This document shows, one piece after another, positions 7,180 to 12,533 of a DNA stretch of 22,711 nucleotides (positions are counted from its first letter, which is position 1; each line of letters starts with the position of its first letter). The position numbers were made by a program, and so were the translations under genes. The stretch spans positions 1 through 22,711 of the forward strand of contig CAZMCX010000004.1 in NCBI GenBank assembly GCA_964565125.1, in the 5' to 3' direction. The notes beneath the pieces are model-generated. The model searched no databases. It was not told the DNA's origin and saw only the letters and a program-made list of their open reading frames with translations. Source of the stretch: an uncultured archaeon (GTDB taxonomy: Archaea > Iainarchaeota > Iainarchaeia > Iainarchaeales > 0-14-0-20-30-16).

Positions 7180-9141
7180 TTACTTTTTCGTTAATACTTT
7201 TAACTCTTTATCCGTTTCTTCTTGCACCTTTGCTATCAGATCCTTTCTAAATTCTGGCTTAAACAAGTGGGCATAAAGCTTGTGTGATTTAAGGTACTCT
7301 TCAACAGGCAAAACTTGCTTTGGTTTGTAAGTTATTTTGTATTTCCCGTTCTCTATTTCATACAAAGGCCAGAAGTTTGTCTCTGTTGCAAGCCTAGCAA
7401 CATCATAAGTCTTAAAGCTTGGGAACTTCCACCCATAATTACAAGGCATCAGAACGCTCAAGAATTTTGGGCCTTCATAACTAAAGGCTTTCTTTATTTT
7501 ATAGATAAAATCATCCAAATATGCTGGGTTTGCTTGTGCAGCATAAGGTATATTATGCGCTGCCACAATAGGCATTATGTCTTTTCTTTTCTGGGCTTTT
7601 CCAGAGCTAACTGTCCCCGCAGGAGTAGTAGTTGTACTTGCCAAGTAAGGAGTTGATCCACTTCTTTGGCCGCCCGTGTTCGAGTAGGCTGCATTGTCAT
7701 ATAGCACATACAAAATATCGTGTCCTCTTTCAAGCATTCCTGACAAAGCTTGTAAACCTATGTCAACACTATTCATATTCAAACTTATTCGTCCATCTTT
7801 TTCAATAATTAATATATGGTTCTTTTTTAATTCAGGACAAAAAACCTTTCCGTTATATTTATATGAAGAAATATTTTTTCGTCTGAGATTTGCTAACATA
7901 GTTGGTTTATAATTGCTTGCAGAAATAGAATATTCTAATCTTCCTTTTCTTTTATTTTCATCAAGATGAACTCTATAGCCTAATTTTAATGCAATTTCTA
8001 TAAAATCATTTTTCAATTTTTCTGAGATTGTACTATACCTATAAATCTTGGAGTTTTTGTAATCATCTATGTGCCCATCGCCCAGGATTAAAGAATCAAA
8101 TAAAAACTTAAGTTGTTTAGGGGGCAAGTTTTTGAATTCTTTTGGTATAAATTTGTCTTTGGCTTTCCCAAACTGTTTTAAATAACTCCATAACTGTTGA
8201 TTACTAATAATAAACCTATCTTTACTATACCAAAAATTAAAAGGCAATTTTGATAAACAAGCCTTTATTTTATCCACATTTTTTTTATTAGTTTGAGCTA
8301 TATAAACACCATATTTTTCTCTTTTAATAGATCTCTGCGATATATGCCCCTCAGAAATCCAATACCCAAAAAATTCCAACCAATTAGCCATTAATATTTT
8401 TTTAAACGGTTTTTTGTTAGCACTAATCTTATGATAAGAAACAGACGGAACTTCAAAATAGTTTTTATTCTTCCCCGCCCAGTTCAGGTTTCCAGTAATA
8501 ATATTAATCTTATCGCTTCGGCCATAATCAAGTAAACTATTTGCCTTAATAATATCCACTTTTTTTGTAAATTTATTATAAACAGGAACATTATGATTTA
8601 AAGAAACATCAAAATGAACAAAATTGTGATTTACTTTAACTATTAAATTATTATAATCAACGATATGCATTTTGATAACTGGAACAGGCTCTATATTCAA
8701 AGTTACAGGATTTACTGAAAATATTTTGTCCCCAATTTTTAAATCTTCTACATTTTTTAGTCCTTCTTCAGTCAATATTTTTGTTTGTGGAACATAACAA
8801 CCACCATCACCTGCAAAAACAACGAACTTGTACTTCTTTTTCAACTCTCCACGCTTTTGCCTTGCTACATACGCCCTCTCTACCCCCGCAAGGGTTGATG
8901 CGGAGTTTTCAAAGGCATTATGTATACACGAAACCCCAAAGCTTGTGTGTGGCCAAATTGTACTAGTAACTTCCAAGCACCCGGTAGCAATAGATACCAC
9001 AGGTTCATAGCCATCAGGCACATTGCCCAAAACAGTTCTAACTATTGGAGGTATAAAGCACCCTGAACAGGTCCTATGCCCTGGACCAAAACCCTCTTTT
9101 CCTTTTTCCCAAATTTTCTGTAAATCATATTTTTCGGCCAT
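7180..9141 (-). CDS. porB: 2-oxoacid (pyruvate-type):ferredoxin oxidoreductase beta subunit (ThDP-binding), interrupted by an intein
   Basis: Extein motifs GHRTCSGC, VVFAGDGG...SVDIGLQALSG, YDNAAYSNTGGQRSGSTP. Last gene of a gamma-delta-alpha-beta operon. The track start is TTG 9159. ATG 9141 is preceded by AAAGTGATTTTT. Extein length is about 310 aa once the 343-aa insert is removed. Confidence 0.9.
   Translation of the reverse strand: MAEKYDLQKIWEKGKEGFGPGHRTCSGCFIPPIVRTVLGNVPDGYEPVVSIATGCLEVTSTIWPHTSFGVSCIHNAFENSASTLAGVERAYVARQKRGELKKKYKFVVFAGDGGCYVPQTKILTEEGLKNVEDLKIGDKIFSVNPVTLNIEPVPVIKMHIVDYNNLIVKVNHNFVHFDVSLNHNVPVYNKFTKKVDIIKANSLLDYGRSDKINIITGNLNWAGKNKNYFEVPSVSYHKISANKKPFKKILMANWLEFFGYWISEGHISQRSIKREKYGVYIAQTNKKNVDKIKACLSKLPFNFWYSKDRFIISNQQLWSYLKQFGKAKDKFIPKEFKNLPPKQLKFLFDSLILGDGHIDDYKNSKIYRYSTISEKLKNDFIEIALKLGYRVHLDENKRKGRLEYSISASNYKPTMLANLRRKNISSYKYNGKVFCPELKKNHILIIEKDGRISLNMNSVDIGLQALSGMLERGHDILYVLYDNAAYSNTGGQRSGSTPYLASTTTTPAGTVSSGKAQKRKDIMPIVAAHNIPYAAQANPAYLDDFIYKIKKAFSYEGPKFLSVLMPCNYGWKFPSFKTYDVARLATETNFWPLYEIENGKYKITYKPKQVLPVEEYLKSHKLYAHLFKPEFRKDLIAKVQEETDKELKVLTKK
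7771..8799 (-). mobile_element. Intein with LAGLIDADG homing-endonuclease domain (343 aa) inside the beta subunit
   Basis: Starts with Cys (TGT 8799-8797) right after GDGG. Ends ...SLNMN (AAT 7773-7771), followed by Ser +1 (AGT 7770-7768). Contains SLNH (block-B-like), LEFFGYWISEGHI and LFDSLILGDGHI (two LAGLIDADG motifs) and VFCPELKKNHILII (block-F-like). Confidence 0.85.
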
Positions 9142-9155
9142 AAAAATCACTTTAT

Positions 9156-10295
9156 TCAATTCTTCAAGTCTTTCCTAAGCCCATAGAACTGGAACTTCTT
9201 TTGCTTTCCTTTCAAGAACTTTTTAACTAGGTCTTTGGCTTCTTCTATTCCAAAGTCTCTTCCGCCAATTCCATAAACAACATTATAAAACTCTTTTCCC
9301 ATGCCTTGGAACTCCAAGCCCATAGGCCCAAACTCCGCGCCGTGGCTTATTGCCCTGTCTAAAACAATCACTTTTTTCCCTTTTAGTCCAGCCCTAAGTT
9401 CAGTGTAAGGAAACGGCCTATAAACTCTTGGCCTCAAGCACCCAACCTTCTTTCCATTTTTTCTCAATTCCTGACAAGCAAGTTCAATTGCTTGATAAGA
9501 AGACCCCATTGATACAAAAACTGTATTTGCGTCTTTTAATCCAAAAGACTCATAAAGGCCATATCCTCTTTTTGAGATCTTTTCAAATCCTTTTTGTATT
9601 TTAAGTATTGACTTAGAAGATTCTGCTAAATCTTTCCATTGCCGTTCTCTTACCTCAATATTAGAATCCATTAGAGCAACATTTCCAAAAGAGATTTTGG
9701 AATCTAACATATTCGCCCATTTTAGCTTTTTGCCAACAAAATCCTTTGCCTGTTTAGTAGACAAAGTATCAATCACCTGCTCTCCGTGAGTAGTATAGAA
9801 TCCATCCATCATAACCATTACAGGGATCTTTATATCCTCTGTAATTTTTACTGCCATCAAAGTGGTATCATAAACTTCCTGCACATCTTTACAATAAATC
9901 TGGACCCAACCTGAGTCTCTTGCCAAAAAACTATCTGAATAATCACAATGCAAAAGAAGAGGTGCACTAAGTCCTCTATTTCCCACAACCATTGTCATTG
10001 GTAATCTTAATCCCGCAGCAATGTAGATTACTTCGATCATATAAGCTAGGCCTTGTGACGCGGTAGCAGTAAACACTCTGGCACCGGCAGCACTTGCACC
10101 AATACATGCAGACATTGCACTGTGCTCTGATTCCGCAAGAATATTTTCAGTAGTAACTTTTCCGTCAGCAACATACTTTGAGAAAGTTTCGATAATTTGT
10201 GTTTGAGGAGTAATAGGATACGACACACAAACATCTGGGTTTATCTGCATCATTGCGTATGAAACAGCATAGTTTCCGTTTATTAAAGTCCTCAT
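9156..10295 (-). CDS. porA: 2-oxoacid:ferredoxin oxidoreductase alpha subunit
   Basis: The N-terminus LINGNYAVSYAMMQINPDVCVSYPITPQT is typical of PorA/VorA/KorA. 379 aa. Operon position is between delta and beta. Confidence 0.9.
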   Translation of the reverse strand: MRTLINGNYAVSYAMMQINPDVCVSYPITPQTQIIETFSKYVADGKVTTENILAESEHSAMSACIGASAAGARVFTATASQGLAYMIEVIYIAAGLRLPMTMVVGNRGLSAPLLLHCDYSDSFLARDSGWVQIYCKDVQEVYDTTLMAVKITEDIKIPVMVMMDGFYTTHGEQVIDTLSTKQAKDFVGKKLKWANMLDSKISFGNVALMDSNIEVRERQWKDLAESSKSILKIQKGFEKISKRGYGLYESFGLKDANTVFVSMGSSYQAIELACQELRKNGKKVGCLRPRVYRPFPYTELRAGLKGKKVIVLDRAISHGAEFGPMGLEFQGMGKEFYNVVYGIGGRDFGIEEAKDLVKKFLKGKQKKFQFYGLRKDLKN

Positions 10296-10297
10296 TT

Positions 10298-10567
10298 CTA
10301 CACCTTCTTCATCTCAATTGCTTTCTTCAAATAATTAGCGCAAATCCCACAGCCCTTACAGAATTTATAATCTATATGAGAAAATTTTCCCCCAACATAA
10401 ATTATTGCTGCCTCAGGACAATAAATTGCAACCTCAACATGTTTATTCATTTCATCCTTATCTTTAACAACAGGGATTTCTTTTCTCCAGGATCCGGTCT
10501 GATATTCTTCAGACTCACTTGCAAGTATTCTTGCGCCCAAATCTACTTTTTTAATTTCTTTTGCCAT
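10298..10567 (-). CDS. porD: 2-oxoacid:ferredoxin oxidoreductase delta subunit (ferredoxin-like), with only four Cys
   Basis: QTGSWRKEIPVV followed by ...IYCPEAAI...CKGCGIC. The track start is GTG 10576. ATG 10567 is preceded by GTGATTTTT. 89 aa. Confidence 0.8.
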   Translation of the reverse strand: MAKEIKKVDLGARILASESEEYQTGSWRKEIPVVKDKDEMNKHVEVAIYCPEAAIIYVGGKFSHIDYKFCKGCGICANYLKKAIEMKKV

Positions 10568-10703
10568 AAAAATCACTTCACTTATAGAGTGATAAGATTA
10601 TCCCGTTTTTTCTTTGAGTTGGTTTTGTTTATCTTTTCTTTTTGCTTACTTTTATCCTTGACACTTTTAATCCTAACCACAACGGGCCCTTACCCCTATT
10701 TGC

Positions 10704-11237
10704 TTATTTCATTAAATATGCCTCATTTAAAGCTTTTAGATTTCCGTCCAATAATTCTTGTTTCTTTGATAATGTTTCTTTCACTGCTTTTTCAAGATTT
10801 TTAAATTTAATAAATTGCACCATCTTCAGAAGAGTCCCAAGCATAACAACCCCGGGGAGATCTTTCTTCAAATACTTATCCGCAATTTCAGAAGCATCAA
10901 GAGTCTTACTATTGGCCAGCCCAAAATCTGTTTTTGCATTAATCAAAAATTTTGCTTTTTTCTGATTCAAAATTTGGTTTTTAATATCTGGTTGTGATAA
11001 TAAGGAACCATCTAAAACAACAATATAATCTGCTTGCTTTATAGAAGCTTGATCTCTTATCTTTTCTTTAGAAATTTTCACAAATGCCCTCACTGGAGCT
11101 CCACTCCTTTCTGGGCCATACTCGGGAAATACTTGAACTTCTAAACCTTGCAAGAATGCGGCTTTTGCAAATACTTCTGCTGCGGTTTTCACACCTTTGC
11201 CACCACGGCCCCAAAACACAAAACTAGTATAAGACAT
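10704..11237 (-). CDS. porG: 2-oxoacid:ferredoxin oxidoreductase gamma subunit
   Basis: The GRGGKGVKTAAEVFAKAAFLQGLEVQVFPEYGPERSGAPV signature. The track start is GTG 11246. ATG 11237 is preceded by GTGATATTA. Confidence 0.85.
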   Translation of the reverse strand: MSYTSFVFWGRGGKGVKTAAEVFAKAAFLQGLEVQVFPEYGPERSGAPVRAFVKISKEKIRDQASIKQADYIVVLDGSLLSQPDIKNQILNQKKAKFLINAKTDFGLANSKTLDASEIADKYLKKDLPGVVMLGTLLKMVQFIKFKNLEKAVKETLSKKQELLDGNLKALNEAYLMK

Positions 11238-11356
11238 TAATATCACTTATATAATCAAGAAATAATAAAGAGACTACAATTTAAATACTTTTCTGGGTTG
11301 AGTAAGTAGGCAAAAAGCACATTAATGGAAGAAAAACAAAATTGGAGCTTATTGAT

Positions 11357-12004
11357 TTATTCTTTTCTAACAATTGTTATTGTCCAGCCCCTCTTACCAT
11401 AACCCTTGTAATATTCCTCAATTTTAAAGAACTGCGATAAAAGATTAGTCATATTTAATCTATCTATCATCTGGGTATAAGGTTTAGTTTGATCTTTCTT
11501 TTCTTTTATTTTTTTGTCATCATCATAATCCGCAGTATTTGACGAATACACTAAACCATATCCACCTTTCTCTAAAATGTCAGACATTTTTTCTACAGCA
11601 TATGGGGCTATTGAAGAATCAAACTGATTCAAAAAAGATCCCGCAACCAAACCATGGAATTTCTCCTCTGGCTCCCATTCTAAAAAACAGACGTTGTAGA
11701 ATTTTGCTTTAGGGCTATTTTCTTGGGCATATTTTATCATTTCTTTAGATACATCAATACAGGACACATTAAAGTCATACTTAAAGTGTTCAGTAAGTAT
11801 GAATGAGTTTAATCCAACTCCGCACCCTAAGTCTGCAATTCTTGCTCCTTTTCCAAAACTAGAGTTGACCTTTTCAGCAAAAGGCTTTATTACCTTGTAT
11901 TGATTATCTACGAAATTTACCCATCTTGAGTTATAGTCATCGGCTAACAAATCATAGTACTCCACCAATTGTTTTTGGATCTTACTTGCTTGTTTCCCAC
12001 GCAT
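11357..12004 (-). CDS. Class I SAM-dependent methyltransferase
   Basis: Motif I IADLGCGVGLNS. 215 aa. A TATA-like CCCTTTATAAA (12026-12036) lies 22-32 nt upstream of the ATG, which suggests a leaderless mRNA. Confidence 0.8.
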   Translation of the reverse strand: MRGKQASKIQKQLVEYYDLLADDYNSRWVNFVDNQYKVIKPFAEKVNSSFGKGARIADLGCGVGLNSFILTEHFKYDFNVSCIDVSKEMIKYAQENSPKAKFYNVCFLEWEPEEKFHGLVAGSFLNQFDSSIAPYAVEKMSDILEKGGYGLVYSSNTADYDDDKKIKEKKDQTKPYTQMIDRLNMTNLLSQFFKIEEYYKGYGKRGWTITIVRKE

Positions 12005-12025
12005 GTTTATAATATAATTTCAACA

Positions 12026-12036
12026 TTTATAAAGGG
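12026..12036 (-). promoter_or_regulatory. TATA-like element for the methyltransferase gene
   Basis: Minus sense CCCTTTATAAA, located 22-32 nt upstream of ATG 12004. Confidence 0.4.
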
Positions 12037-12084
12037 CGTGGTTTTATGTATAGAAATTAGAAAAATTTGCACACAAAAACCAAA

Positions 12085-12113
12085 AAAATAATTCTAGAAA
12101 AAGAAAAATAAGT
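12085..12113 (-). terminator. Oligo-U tracts (archaeal-type terminator) after the candidate ncRNA
   Basis: The minus sense immediately after the terminal helix reads ACUUAUUUUUCUUUUUCUAGAAUUAUUUUUUUGGUUUUU. Confidence 0.4.
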
Positions 12114-12310
12114 GGCAGGTAAAACGGTATACACAAGAATATCTGGGACTACGGATATATACTCCCGGAATTGACCGCGCAAAAGACAGCAGATAAAATC
12201 TGCCCCAACATACAGCAAAGCACATGGCATGAAGCCAGAACGCTTGTTTGCATATCCTCACTGCGCCGTTTGCAAATCTCACGGAGAGATTTATAGAATA
12301 CCTACCGTAT
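12105..12310 (-). ncRNA. Unassigned structured RNA candidate (~200 nt), in the position downstream of 23S where a 5S rRNA would be expected. Its identity is not established.
   Basis: A G+C-rich island sits in AT-rich intergenic DNA.
- The ends pair: GGTAGGT (RC of 12302-12308) with ACCTGCC (RC of 12114-12120).
- Internal perfect hairpins: AAATCTC/GAGATTT and GCAGAT/ATCTGC.
- The helix GCGCAG/TTGCGC and the terminal helix each contain a G.U pair only when read on the minus strand.
- A TATA box lies upstream and oligo-U tracts lie downstream.
- The overlapping 62-aa ORF is Cys/Phe/Arg-rich and looks spurious. Confidence 0.4.
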
Positions 12311-12326
12311 AATTATATATAATACA

Positions 12327-12339
12327 TATTTATAAAACT
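12327..12339 (-). promoter_or_regulatory. TATA box (minus sense AGTTTTATAAATA) about 25-30 nt upstream of the candidate ncRNA 5' end
   Basis: The spacing to the first base of the terminal helix (about 12308) fits archaeal TATA-to-TSS distance. Confidence 0.4.
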
Positions 12340-12422
12340 TTGCCACGCATACTGGCCTAAAACAACAGTAGTCAGATTTGTATTAAGAAACCAAAAAATA
12401 ACTAAAAAAAAGAATAACTTTT

Positions 12423-12446
12423 TAGTTAGCATAGGCAAGTAAAGTG
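12423..12446. repeat. 3' arm of the 23S rRNA processing stem (perfect 24-nt inverted repeat with 15773-15796)
   Basis: Plus-strand tagttagcataggcaagtaaagtg is the exact reverse complement of cactttacttgcctatgctaacta at 15773-15796. Confidence 0.8.
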
Positions 12447-12497
12447 CTAAAGATTGCTAAAAGTTTTTAGCTAAGATTCTAAACTGAATCTCTATTT

Positions 12498-12533
12498 GTG
12501 TAGTCTTTGATTTTGTGTGTAGTCTTTGATTTT
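12498..12533. repeat. Tandem direct repeat, 2 x 17 nt (gtgtagtctttgatttt) separated by gt, abutting the 23S 3' end
   Basis: 12498-12514 and 12517-12533 are identical. A related gtgtagtct occurs inside the 23S intron (13636-13644). Confidence 0.8.

Noticed and set aside
10568-10703. The 136-nt spacer between the gamma and delta subunit genes, considered as a hidden small gene or RNA
   Set aside because: It offers only a Lys-rich ~31-codon frame with a non-ATG start, a short G+C patch (ggggtaagggccc) and a 5-bp hairpin. That is insufficient evidence for a feature.
7315-10997. Plus-strand ORFs antisense to the oxidoreductase operon (7315-7656, 7694-7912, 8781-9010, 10253-10804, 10642-10965, 10815-10997), plus the minus-strand 10046-10234
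   Set aside because: They overlap strongly supported subunit genes in other frames or on the other strand. They have low-complexity Phe/Leu/Ser-rich translations and no start context.
12094-12282. 62-aa ORF, and a confident 5S rRNA call, for the G+C-rich island downstream of 23S
   Set aside because: The ORF translation (Cys/Phe/Arg-rich, no SD, overlapping strong RNA helices) looks non-coding. For 5S I found only one short similar segment and could not build helices II/III/loop C, and the length is about 200 nt. I report it only as an unassigned ncRNA candidate.
12498-12533. Possible CRISPR-like repeat
   Set aside because: There are only two 17-nt copies separated by 2 nt, with no spacers and no cas genes. 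It sits inside the 23S trailer and is better explained as a tandem repeat in pre-rRNA.
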